Source of the DNA: Marsupella aquatica | Taxonomy: Eukaryota; Plantae; Marchantiophyta | NCBI GenBank assembly: GCA_973895155.1 | Contig: OZ316899.1 | Location: 12,465,934-12,529,933 of the forward strand | Direction: 5' to 3' | DNA length: 64,000 bases | Part shown: piece after piece, positions 36,309 to 47,000 of the stretch | Position numbering within the stretch: the first letter of the stretch is position 1 | Layout: each line of letters begins with the position of its first letter | Position numbers and translations under genes: made by a program | Notes under the pieces: model-generated | Told to the model about the DNA's origin: nothing | What the model saw: only the letters and a program-made list of their open reading frames with translations | The model's database searches: none

Positions 36309-36736
36309 CCATGCATCCCGAAATCAATTTCTCAATCACCAATCCCGTCACCCGTGGCAATGTCAATTCCCTGGCCCGAAACAGCCCCCGTAGCCCGATC
36401 ACTTAAATTCTCTCAATTTCCCGTCACTACTCCGTGCGGCCGCCACTAATGCCTGGAAGAATGACGCCAGCAAGCCCCACTAATCCACCATGAAAGAGAG
36501 AGCTTCAAAAATAATTAGAATCTGGAGAGAGCTTCCGGCAAGAGAGAGAAGAACCCCGTTTTTGCTTTCGGCAATGAGAGGGTCGTGCAAAAGGAAGAGG
36601 GAAAGAAAAAGGAAGGAAAAAAAAAAAAAAATAGAACCGAAAAAACTCCTGGCGCCTTCGCCATGCGCCCCGGCCCATTTCTCGGGCCTTACCCTTGCGT
36701 CCTCCTGCGCGCGGCCCTATGCAGGGCGCGCGGCCA

Positions 36737-37108
36737 TTCCTCCCGGCTCGCGGGAGGCCCTTCAACTCCCCCCCGCTCGCGTGATCCTCCCAGCTCGCGG
36801 GAGGCCCTTTAACTCCCCCCCGCTCGCGTGATCCTCCCAGCTCGCGGGAGGCCCTTTAACTCCCCCCCGCTCGCGTGATCCTCCCAGCTCGCGGGAGGCC
36901 CTTTAACTCCCCCCCGCTCGCGTGATCCTCCCAGCTCGCGGGAGGCCCTTTAACTCCCCCCCCCCGCTCGCTTGCGCTCCTTCAGCTCGCGGAGCCTCAT
37001 TAATTGCCCGGGCACGCAGCCCTATGGGCTCGCGAGGCAGCCCCTTCAGCTCGCGGAGCCCCATTAATCGCCCGGGCACGCAGCCCTATGGGCTCGCGAG
37101 GCAGCCCC
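36737..37108. repeat. LTR-B minisatellite: about 5 x 47 bp plus 2 x 64 bp (also at about 47486-47858)
   Basis: GGGAGGCCCTTTAACTCCCCCCCGCTCGCGTGATCCTCCCAGCTCGC starts at 36752, 36799, 36846, 36893 and 36940. Confidence 0.95.
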
Positions 37109-37435
37109 TCTTTCTCTCGGACGGCCACTAATGGGACTCGCCCTCCTGAGGAGGGATTTATTTAAAAAAAAACCCCCCCCTCTCCTGACTTTGCAATGGG
37201 GGTCTCAACAATAGCTCTTGAAGCAAAACGGTAAGTCCTATGGGGCTGGTCCTGGCTAGTTTCAAGGTCCCAAAATATTTGCCCACTTAGGTCGCCGCAA
37301 ATCTTAGAACTATTATGAGAGAAAGAATATAAAGTCACCTGGGGCATCATCAACCTATAATGACGGAATTAACTAAAAATTAAAAAATGGCTTATTTACA
37401 TTGACTATTAACAAGGTATCGGCCTTTGCAACCAG

Positions 37436-40400
37436 TTATGTGTGACTTCCCGTGACGGGGTACCCGTCACATAGCTCCTCTCTTAATTGCGAAGCGCCCC
37501 CGCGAGCACCATACTCTTCCTCCGTGTAGTACTTCTTTAGGCGCTCTTGATTGATCCGTGTGTTGAGTAGTTGCCCCTCCAATGTCTTGAGTTGAACCGA
37601 GCCGTTGGAGTAGACGGCATCCACTACGTAGGGTCCCATCCACCGTGTATGCAACTTCCCGGGGAAATGCATGAAGCGGCTATCGTAGAGGAGCACCAAA
37701 TCTCCCTCCTCAATGGACACACGACGGAGACGGGAATCGTAATGTGACTTGCGTTTGCCTTGCTCCTGCTCCGTATGTGTCAAAGCCTCTTCTCGTGTCT
37801 CCGTGAGTTGCTCCAACTGTTGGATCCGTGAAGCGACACTTTCTTCTGCCCCTTCCCTTTCCCGTGTTAGGATTCGAATGGTTGGAACCTCAAATTCCAC
37901 CGGCACAAGAGAGTGTTGTCCAAACACAAGGAAATAGGGGCTGTGGCCCGTGGTAGTCTTGTGAGCCAGGTTGTAAGCGTAAGTGGCAGCCAACAACTTC
38001 AAATCCCAATCGGTCTTGTGAGCGGATACCGTTTTGTTGAGGATCTTGCCCATGATCCCGTTGGCTCTCTCAGTGAGCCCGTTGGCTCGAGGGTGGTACG
38101 GAGTGGTCTTCCTATGTGAGATCAAGTAGTTCTCCGTCAAACGTTCAATCGTATGATTGAGGAAGTGAGTACCCCTGTCACTTACCAACTCCAATGGTGG
38201 ACCAAATCGTGTAAAAATCTGCTCATACAAAAAACGTGCCGTGGTGTTGGCATCATCCTTGGCAGTAGCTCGGGCCTCCACCCACTTGGTGGCATAGTCC
38301 GTTGCAAGAATGATGTAGCGCTTCCTCCCTCTTCGTGTGATGGGAGTGAAAGGGCCAATGAAGTCCACCCCCCACTTCTCAAAGGGTGCAAGAGGAAGTA
38401 TGGGCACCAATGGGTGTCGTGAGGAGGGCCCTGGTTTGCCTTGACGCTGGCACGGATCACATCGCTGGATGTACCGGTGTACATCCCGAAAGAGAGTTGG
38501 CCACCAATATCCAGCATCTAGTATTTTCCTTGCGGTGGTCTCCCGTGCAAAGTGGCCACCAGCTTCCTCCTCATGTAATGCTGCCATGACTGTACGTATC
38601 TCCGCTTCCTCCAAACAACGACGAAGTCGGCCATCCATGCCGTACTTGTGAAGTACTCCCTTCACAAGCAAGTAGGGACCTGTCTTACGCAAAAACACTG
38701 CTGCTCTCTCCGGGCCCAAACGTGAGGGAACTCTAGCCGTGCGGAGAAATTCCAAAATTTCTCCATACCAAGTAGTGGCCTCTGTATTCACGCTGAACAC
38801 TTCCTCATCCGGGAACCGATCATCAATCTCCTGGGAGTCAGATGCTCCCTCAATACGGGAGAAGAAGTCTGCATTGCTATGACTCTTCCCCGATCTTACT
38901 CTCACCTCATAGTTGAACTCTTGTAGCAACAAAACCCAACGTGCAATTCTCCCGGACAGATCTGGCTTGTTGACCATGTATTTCAAGCTGTTGTGATCCG
39001 TGTGGAACACAACCTTGTACCCCAACAAATAATGACGATACTTCTTACAAGCGTAGATGATACCAAGTGCCTCCCTATCGGTGGGTGAGTAGTTTTTCTC
39101 TGCCGGGGCCAACTGCCTACTGGCAAAGTAGATGGGATGGTCTCTTCCATCATCATCTAACTGACTCAAAACGGCACCGATGCAAAATCCTGATACGTCT
39201 ACGTAAACATGGAATTCCTTATTCCAATTGGGCGTAATGAGCACGGGGGCCTCTAGCAATCGTTTCTTCAATTCATCAAAAGCAGCCTGACGGGAAGGAG
39301 TAGGTTCAAACTCACTTCCTTTTTTCAACATGGAAGTGAGTGGCATGGCTACCTTGGCAAAGTCTTTGATGAAGCGTCGGTAGTAGCCAACACACCCCAA
39401 GAACCCTCTCACTTCCTTCACATTCTTGGGAAATGAGACTGCTACCCACACGGCGACCTTCTCACGATCAACTTCAATCCCTCGTGCAGACACTTTGTGG
39501 CCCAATAGGATTCCCTCCTCAATTCCAAAGAAACATTTCTCCGGATGCAGCTTCAGGCAAGTCTCCCGGCACCGCTGAAAAGTCAACCGTAAGTGTTCCG
39601 GATGCTTGACTCGTTTGCCGTAGACAGCAAAGTCATCAATAAAGATCTCCAAGAACCTGCGTAAAAAGTCATGAAATATATTCATCATGAGCCGTTGGAA
39701 CATGCCAGGGGCATTGCACAACCCAAAAGGCATTCTCCGGAATGCAAAAATCCCCCACTCTGTTGTGAAAGCCGTCTTGAGTTGGTCCTCCTCCCGTATC
39801 CAGATTTGGTTGTACCCAGAGTAGCCATCCAAGAAGCTGTATATCTCCCAACCTGCTACCATGTCCAACACGATATCCGTGAACGGTAGCGGGTAGTGAT
39901 CCTTCTTGGTCGCATCATTCAACTTTCGAAAATCTTGGCACACCCGTATTTTCACCTTCCCGTCTGGCCCCTTTTTCTTGGGCACGATTACGATGGGTGA
40001 CACCCACTCACTATGCATGACCGGATAAATGAATCCTGCATCCAACAAACGGTCAATCTCCTCCTTCACCATGAGTGAGTATTTGGGGTTGAGGCGGTAT
40101 TGGCGTTGCCTCACAGGTCGTGCTCCTGACATCAGGTCAATGCTGTGCTCACCAAACTCAGGTGGCACTCCTTTCAAATCTTGGTGGCTCCACGCAAATA
40201 CGTCTTGGTACTCTTTCAACAATTCCTGAATCGTGCGTTGCTCCGTAGCATCCAACTTACTACCAATGTTGAGTGTCTTGCCCTCACCCACTTCCACCTT
40301 TGTGTACTGCTCCGGCCTGATCACGTCCAACTTGTTGCGTGTCTCCTCATCAAAGGTTTCTTCCAACCGTGCGAGCCTCATCCCTCCATACACCGGTGCA

Positions 40401-43400
40401 TCACTCTCCTCCTGGTCTGGTCGGGATGGAGGTGGATCCTTTGTCACATGGGCCATTATTTCTTCAACGTCAGATTCTTTGTAATGTGACAATAGCTCCT
40501 CTCTAAAGTCATCATCCAGGATGTCATTCAAAAACTGCTCTCTTTGCTCATCATCAAACATGATCGTGTGGGCTTGCATTTCCACCTCCTCGGGGTGATC
40601 CTCTGCCTCCCTATCATGAATCTCTAGAGGTTCAGCCTCCACAATTTTGCTTCGCTCGTCTTCCATCTCTTCTAGAACAGCGTGCACTTGGCTAACTGAT
40701 TCCTCTACTGCATGCTCTTGAGTAGCAACTCCGGGGCCAAAAACATCTTCCTCCGTGAGGTGAGAAATCAGTTTCACCATGTATACTTCATCCTCGTCTT
40801 CATCTGAGGTGACCTCTGAATCATATTCCTCCTCCATAGTCGTAGTCTCCCCGTGAGGTGACTCCGCTGACCATGGAATAGTGATAGTGGGGATACCAAA
40901 CCGAAACTGCCGTTTGCCCCAATCACTTGTGACCTTGGCCACATACAACCATGGCCTGCCAATTAAAATGGGAAAACCGTACGGCCGAACGGGTCGCATC
41001 ACCAAATAGTTGAGGGGGAAAGATTTTCCCCCAATCATTGTTGGAATCTTGGTGAGACACCCCAACGGCACCACCCGTGCACCATCAGCCAACCTCATGG
41101 CACGTGCCGGTGGTTCTAACTCTGTATACCCCAACCGGTTTGCCGTCTCCTCAGTCATGATGTTGACTCCCGAGCCCCCGTCCACCGGTACAAACCGTAT
41201 TGCACATCCATTGATGTCCACCGTGAGTTCTGGGGCACCCAAATCCTCCGTGACCCAGTTGACTTGTATGGGGTCAGCCCCAACTTTGGGTAACCTTCTT
41301 CTACGTCTCCTCCTCATGAGAATCTCCTTGACTTGGCGACGGTATAGGGAGCTATCCCGTAATAGTTGACCAATTGTGGCACTGACTGGGCAATCCAGAA
41401 TGTCTTGAGCAATGTTGTACGCGGTTGCAGGAGGTATGGGTGGGATGACCTCTTCTCCCGGTTTCCAACGAACAACCCTCTCCTCCGCTTTCTTTCTGGC
41501 CTTTGCCTCCTCCATGTCTTTGTCAATGGCCGCTTGCATGGCTTGTGCTTCTAGCTCCTCCAACTGCTTACGTACCTCTTCTCCCACCTTCGGATAGAAC
41601 AACTTGGGGTTGTCCCGATCAAAGTCACTATCCTCCATGGGTGGCACCTCCGGTTCGTGTGAGGTACCCGATGTGGAAGCTTGATGCACCTCCTTGTACT
41701 TCTGCTTGAGCTCGGACTTGCCCTTCTTTTTGCCGGATCGAGTGGAGACTCGGTAACAAGAGTAATGCCTTCTCTCCTCGTCGCTGTCTTCCTCCGGTAG
41801 ATTCTCAGCATGAGTCCACTCATGACTTGGGGGTGAGGGGTTAGCAACTTCAACTTCCGTAGATGTTGCAACAACAACCACCGGTATCTCAACAACTGGA
41901 GATACTACAACGACTAGCGGTACCACCTCCTCCGTTATGGTGGTCATCCTTTGCTTGGGAATGTTCACTACGGTTTCTTCTCTTCTAGTGATTAGAGGGG
42001 TGTCGACTGCTTCCGTGGTGAGAAAGTTGACGCTAGCTTCTTTCAGAGGAGGTGGCGGCCCCTTCTTCTCTTGTGCCCCAATCGGTTGAGCCTTGAACGC
42101 CTCCAAGGTTGGGCAGTGTGGTGCAAGATGACCCTCCCCCTTGCATAGTTGACACAGCCGGGCAAAATCTCCATTGCCTTGACGGGTGGGCTCTGGGCAC
42201 ACATTAGCGTAGTGGCCCGCCACTCTACAATTGTAACAAATAGGGATCTTCCTCACTCCAGGGTACGGTGGTCGATTCCCTGGGTTAGCGTTGGGATAGT
42301 TGGAGTATGCGGGTGCTCCGGCGTTTGTTGAAACTCCATGAATGCTCCGTGGTCCCGGGTTGAGAGGTTGTACACTATACACGTTGGCCTCTGGTGGCTC
42401 CTCCATGAAGTACTCTATTGGCCCTTCCGCTGCATATGAAGGATTTGAGTAGCTTGCCCCCTCAACATCCTCCTCCCGTACTTGGAAAACCTTGGCTGGT
42501 TCTCCCGCTGGGCACTCCTTCGGGGCATGACCAAACTTCATGCACTTGGTGCACCACACATTGGCTCTCTCCACCGGAACTTTTCTCCTCTCAGGTTTGA
42601 GTCCGGCAAAATGTACTTTCAACGCTTTCATTTGCTCCGTCAGCTCATCATATCTGGCCTCTTGCTCCTTCAGGCGTCTTGCCGTAGACAATGGTGTAAC
42701 GGCCACCGTGGGTAGTATCACTTCACGGTGAGAGGACTTCTTGACTTTCTTTGACAACTTCTTCTTCTTCCTCCTTCGTCTTTCAGCTTCTGACTCCGTA
42801 GTGTCTGACTCTGTAGTACTCTCAGAATCCTCAGATTCATCACTACTATCTGAATCAGATCCACTCGACTCCTCACTGGAGGAACTGTCAACCGGCTTCA
42901 GCTTCTTTCTTTGGCAACGCTTGCTTGTGGCATCAGCTGCGGTGTATGACTCCGCTGCTGCAATAGCTTCAGCCAATGTGGTTGGCTTGGCTTGACGTAC
43001 AAAGAACCCCATCTTGCTTGGTAGGGCAGCCACAAACCAGGCTTGACGCATAGCATCATCGGTACGGGCTTGGATCCGACGTACCAGCTTTTGGAACCTT
43101 TGCAAAAACCTCCGTAATGACTCCTTCTTCTTCATCCTGAGTTGGCCCACCTTTAATAGTGAGGTGGCCTCCACTCCTATGGATCTGAACTCCTTCAAGA
43201 AGGCTTGCTTGAACAGAGCCCAATCAGCTTTCACGTTGGCCAACAACGAAATGAACCATGGACCTGCCTCCCCTCTCATCATTCCAGGAATGATAGTGAG
43301 CTTATGTGCAGACTCCCCATTAGCTTCGGCAATCCCTTCAAACTCCTCAATCCATTCGTCTGGATCATCCTTTGGTCTCCCCTTGAAGGGTACGTACTGA

Positions 43401-43834
43401 ACACGGGTACGTTGTGCAGCTGCCATCGGTGCAGCCGGTGCCTGTATCAACACAGGTGGTAATGGCGCTTGTTGGGCCACCGGTAACAGCACCGATGATA
43501 GGTGTGAGATGATTTGTGGCAATGCAGTGAGCTCTGGGATCAGATTTTGTAACTCAGACTGCACCAACACAAAGGGCTCTCCTTCTTCTCGCTCGTGATC
43601 TATGTCTGGCTCTTCGTCTGGGCATATGGCCTCATTACGTTGAGCCTCTTCCTGTTGCACACCAACTTGTTCTTCCAGCACCAGTGGCAACCTCCTCTCT
43701 TCTGCAAGCCGTAAGCGTTCTTCGGCAGCAACTCGTCGTCTGGTCCCAATCCAAGAGGGCCCCCCTTCTAGCTCTGATCTTGGGGTACGTGTGTGTTGGG
43801 GACTTCCTCTACCTCCCCTTCTCCCTCTCGGCAT
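37436..43834 (-). CDS. Gag-Pol polyprotein, 2132 aa, single frame
   Basis: Gag, 3 CCHC knuckles, PVDGGSG protease, RT FIDDF, RNase H YVDVS..DREAL..HTDH, integrase zinc-binding and DDE motifs, WMGPY. The stop lies 36 nt inside the 3' LTR. Confidence 0.98.
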   Translation of the reverse strand: MPRGRRGGRGSPQHTRTPRSELEGGPSWIGTRRRVAAEERLRLAEERRLPLVLEEQVGVQQEEAQRNEAICPDEEPDIDHEREEGEPFVLVQSELQNLIPELTALPQIISHLSSVLLPVAQQAPLPPVLIQAPAAPMAAAQRTRVQYVPFKGRPKDDPDEWIEEFEGIAEANGESAHKLTIIPGMMRGEAGPWFISLLANVKADWALFKQAFLKEFRSIGVEATSLLKVGQLRMKKKESLRRFLQRFQKLVRRIQARTDDAMRQAWFVAALPSKMGFFVRQAKPTTLAEAIAAAESYTAADATSKRCQRKKLKPVDSSSSEESSGSDSDSSDESEDSESTTESDTTESEAERRRRKKKKLSKKVKKSSHREVILPTVAVTPLSTARRLKEQEARYDELTEQMKALKVHFAGLKPERRKVPVERANVWCTKCMKFGHAPKECPAGEPAKVFQVREEDVEGASYSNPSYAAEGPIEYFMEEPPEANVYSVQPLNPGPRSIHGVSTNAGAPAYSNYPNANPGNRPPYPGVRKIPICYNCRVAGHYANVCPEPTRQGNGDFARLCQLCKGEGHLAPHCPTLEAFKAQPIGAQEKKGPPPPLKEASVNFLTTEAVDTPLITRREETVVNIPKQRMTTITEEVVPLVVVVSPVVEIPVVVVATSTEVEVANPSPPSHEWTHAENLPEEDSDEERRHYSCYRVSTRSGKKKGKSELKQKYKEVHQASTSGTSHEPEVPPMEDSDFDRDNPKLFYPKVGEEVRKQLEELEAQAMQAAIDKDMEEAKARKKAEERVVRWKPGEEVIPPIPPATAYNIAQDILDCPVSATIGQLLRDSSLYRRQVKEILMRRRRRRRLPKVGADPIQVNWVTEDLGAPELTVDINGCAIRFVPVDGGSGVNIMTEETANRLGYTELEPPARAMRLADGARVVPLGCLTKIPTMIGGKSFPLNYLVMRPVRPYGFPILIGRPWLYVAKVTSDWGKRQFRFGIPTITIPWSAESPHGETTTMEEEYDSEVTSDEDEDEVYMVKLISHLTEEDVFGPGVATQEHAVEESVSQVHAVLEEMEDERSKIVEAEPLEIHDREAEDHPEEVEMQAHTIMFDDEQREQFLNDILDDDFREELLSHYKESDVEEIMAHVTKDPPPSRPDQEESDAPVYGGMRLARLEETFDEETRNKLDVIRPEQYTKVEVGEGKTLNIGSKLDATEQRTIQELLKEYQDVFAWSHQDLKGVPPEFGEHSIDLMSGARPVRQRQYRLNPKYSLMVKEEIDRLLDAGFIYPVMHSEWVSPIVIVPKKKGPDGKVKIRVCQDFRKLNDATKKDHYPLPFTDIVLDMVAGWEIYSFLDGYSGYNQIWIREEDQLKTAFTTEWGIFAFRRMPFGLCNAPGMFQRLMMNIFHDFLRRFLEIFIDDFAVYGKRVKHPEHLRLTFQRCRETCLKLHPEKCFFGIEEGILLGHKVSARGIEVDREKVAVWVAVSFPKNVKEVRGFLGCVGYYRRFIKDFAKVAMPLTSMLKKGSEFEPTPSRQAAFDELKKRLLEAPVLITPNWNKEFHVYVDVSGFCIGAVLSQLDDDGRDHPIYFASRQLAPAEKNYSPTDREALGIIYACKKYRHYLLGYKVVFHTDHNSLKYMVNKPDLSGRIARWVLLLQEFNYEVRVRSGKSHSNADFFSRIEGASDSQEIDDRFPDEEVFSVNTEATTWYGEILEFLRTARVPSRLGPERAAVFLRKTGPYLLVKGVLHKYGMDGRLRRCLEEAEIRTVMAALHEEEAGGHFARETTARKILDAGYWWPTLFRDVHRYIQRCDPCQRQGKPGPSSRHPLVPILPLAPFEKWGVDFIGPFTPITRRGRKRYIILATDYATKWVEARATAKDDANTTARFLYEQIFTRFGPPLELVSDRGTHFLNHTIERLTENYLISHRKTTPYHPRANGLTERANGIMGKILNKTVSAHKTDWDLKLLAATYAYNLAHKTTTGHSPYFLVFGQHSLVPVEFEVPTIRILTREREGAEESVASRIQQLEQLTETREEALTHTEQEQGKRKSHYDSRLRRVSIEEGDLVLLYDSRFMHFPGKLHTRWMGPYVVDAVYSNGSVQLKTLEGQLLNTRINQERLKKYYTEEEYGARGGASQLREELCDGYPVTGSHT
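37472..37484 (-). promoter_or_regulatory. Polypurine tract region of B
   Basis: AAGAGAGGAGCTA immediately before TGTGAC on the minus strand. Confidence 0.8.
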
Positions 43835-44051
43835 CCCATTGAGACCTGCATTCCAAACTTACACCAATGTCTCAGAAAGCAATATTTGTAAACATCAACC
43901 GTCGCACGATGCGTTGTGGTTGACGTACAATAACAAAGTAACCAACAAACTTCTCACGTATCAACCGTCGCAAGTTGCGTTGTGGTTGATAGGTTTGAAC
44001 TCCCAATAGACGTAGCTCCCCTCCTTCGTGTCGTCAAACAAGAAGAAGGAT

Positions 44052-44069
44052 TCCCCGGCAGCGGCGCCA
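44052..44069 (-). promoter_or_regulatory. Primer-binding site, tRNA-Asp type
   Basis: TGGCGCCGCTGCCGGGGA versus the Athila-type Asp PBS TGGCGCCGTTGCCGGGGA; lies 20 nt after the LTR. Confidence 0.88.
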
Positions 44070-44089
44070 AAAACAAAAGACCACACTTA

Positions 44090-47000
44090 TGTCACTTGCC
44101 TCTCCAACGGTTAATACGTGCAAACCGCACTTTTCTTCGCTTAAACCGTTGGTATCGTATTACGGGGTCGTGGAGGGACGCTATTTGGATTCTTTTCACA
44201 CCAGGATGAGTATTTTGGTTTCCGCTCCCGGAAATGTAGGTTTTGATCAAGTCTACCGACTACCCTCACCCCACAGCTTTTGATCAAGTCCTGCCGACTA
44301 CCCCACTACACCTTCACTCGGAGTCACCCAAAGAGTGCTGTCACCACCCCTACTCACAAGGCCGACTCAAACCAAGCAAGTTTCTTCAAATCATAGAACG
44401 GGAGAACACAATTCGGAAAGCGAAAAAGGGAGAAGGAACACACAACAAAAGCCCATCAAGTCAAATGTACAGATCCATATCTCTTGGGAAAAACGATACA
44501 CATTGCATGAGTAACCCGGCCTCCTGCCGTCTACTCAACTCCTGCCTCTCCGGACAATGAGTATGGCTCCCCCTCACTACTCTGAACACGCTTTCAAACT
44601 CCTCAGGCTCCACTCTATCCCTCCTTGCTAACTTCACACTGAGTCCCCCTAACTACTTCGGGGCTATCCCCCTAAATACTGAAAAATCACACCAAAGCAC
44701 CCCTCACAGGGTCACAACGGTGGCGGCTACCCTAGCGGCGCCGCTAAAACCTTGCACTAAGAGAAATCCTTAAACTGAAGAGGAGCATGCGGCACACACA
44801 TGCTGCTAAAACCCTAAACCCAAAACAAGGGGGCCGACGGTGCCTTCGACGGCGCCCCAACAGTACACGTGAACCCTGAAAGTGAGAGGCACCCCAAAAT
44901 GGCCGAAACTAGGTGCCCTTCCAAGTGCACACCTGAGCTCACCCCTGGATAGCTCTTCTTTTCCTGCTTCCGAATCACTAAGTCGCTCCCTCAACGGACT
45001 TCAGACGCCTGAGTTATGGCCGTTTCCGTACCGCAAAAACATAAGTTCTCCAGGCCATAACTTGCTCATCCTGGCTCCGTTTGAGGAGCGCCGCCTCTTG
45101 TTGGAATCAGCTCCGCGAGCTCATCCCAACAAGCCCATGAGTGACCCCCCACTAAAATGTTGGAAATCTGGAGGCCGTACACCCACGTCCGTACGCCTAT
45201 CTAATCCTCCTCTTCTTCTTCGCTCTCGGTGCCCGGACTTGTGCCCCGTGAGTGGTCCTCCTCCTCATCACTCACGGGAGTGAGTGCCACCGTACTTTTC
45301 TTCTTCTTCGACGGAGTACTCTTAGTGCTGCTGCTCCCGCGCTTCCTCAAAGCAGCCAAGGCCTGCCACGCCTTGATGTACCCCTCACCAATTGTGTCCT
45401 TCCAGAGGGTAGCCTCTTCTCCGGACCGCAACTCCAACGGTAGAACTTGCCCCGTGGCCATGGGAGTCCCGGGGGTGACAGACCTGGGTGGCATCCCCGT
45501 ACTGACCTGAGCCTCCCGTAACGATTTCCGTACCTCCCGGAGCTTCTTCTCCAAGCTCTTACTCTTCTCCTGACTCTTCTTGGCTCCATCCAACAAGGGT
45601 CCATACTTCCCACTAACCTCCTTCACCACCATCTCGATAGCTTGGGAGATCACATCCGGGGAAAGTGTGGAGCCAGGTGTGCCGGGACTCTTCCGTTTCC
45701 CTAGACTCAGGGCCTCACTTCTCTTCGCTCGTGTCTCAAAGGCTGCCACCTGACTCCGTAGTGCTCCCACCTGGTTCCTCCACTCCATCACTTCTCCAGA
45801 ATTTTGCTTCTCTTTGGCCAATGCTTGCCTCAACGCTCCTACTTCTTCTGCTTCCTTGGCCTTGGTGGACAAAGCTCCCTTCAAGTTGGTGATCTCTACG
45901 TGAGCTGCATTGATGTGCCTGACCTTCTCATGAATGGTCTGCTCCTTGGTCTTGATCACCTCCTTCAGTGACAGGATGCTCTGCTCTAACGTCTCTACTT
46001 TGACTGTGGCGTGCTTGAGAGACTCCCTCAATGCGTGGACTAGCTTGAGTCCCTCGTGGACTCCCTCTCTGAAATCCCGTAGCTCTGCCAAGTAAACATC
46101 CGGAATGTTGTATTCCAGAGGCTGTTTCGGATCTCCCACGAGTGATTCAAGCCACTCCAATGTGCAATCATCCTCCTGGTTCTCTTCTTCTCTATTATCC
46201 TCCCCACCAGCAGACAATGATTCCTCCGTGAGCTTCCCTAAAACAGTAGTGGCAATACTCCGGATCTCCGTGGTGAGAGATGATCCCGTGTCTTCATGCC
46301 CCGGAGAACCAATCAACCCTTCTGCCCTGGCCAATACAAATGACCCCATCAAATGTACAGCCCCACCTGGTTTCACACTCCCGGGCTCAGCGGCCAATAG
46401 CTTCTTCAATCCGTAGCACCACCATCCGTACACATGGGCTGGGTAGTTCTTGATGTCCATAGCTACCACGAAATGCTCCTCATTCAGCACTCCGGATTGC
46501 ACGTTGCCAAGAACCCGTTGATGCACCTTGGCCAGGAAGCCCTTATACTCAACATCCTTGACAGCAGAAAGAGGGATGGCGGTGGTGGAGGTAGGATTGG
46601 TCACCCAAGTGGCCACCATTTTCAACGTGAGTTCTCCCCTGATATTCCGAGGTGTGAATGAGAATTTCTGATTCTCAAGAAACAATAGCTTAGCCAACTC
46701 CACATGGGGCACTACACGTTTGAGACATTCAAAGTAGATTCCCTCCGTTCGGAACTCCATCCCGGCCTCAATGTCCCAGCTCTTCCCTGAAGGGATGGTA
46801 ATCTCCACCTTCATGAATTCTGTAAGCCCGGTGGCTTGGAAAATGTTCCGACAATCCTCCATCACCTTGGTGGAGGTCTTGGGATAAATTCGACGAAAAA
46901 TCTTCCTACCCACCGGTGAGGAACCCGCTGCCAATCCCGTGCTCATCATAACTTCTCTCTCTTCCCTTTCCCGTGTAATCCGAGTCTCCACGTAGTCACG

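Larger units (their letters stand above)
33341..37471 (-). repeat. 3' LTR of B (4131 bp)
   Basis: Direct repeat of 44090-48221 (offset 10749). Confidence 0.97.

Noticed and set aside
33341-37471. The 4.1-kb repeat as a segmental duplication or two independent insertions
   Set aside because: A PBS follows one copy and a PPT abuts the other, as expected for true LTRs.
37749-43462. Many short plus-strand ORFs opposite gag-pol B (and equivalents opposite A and E)
   Set aside because: Antisense shadows of real coding frames, with no motifs.
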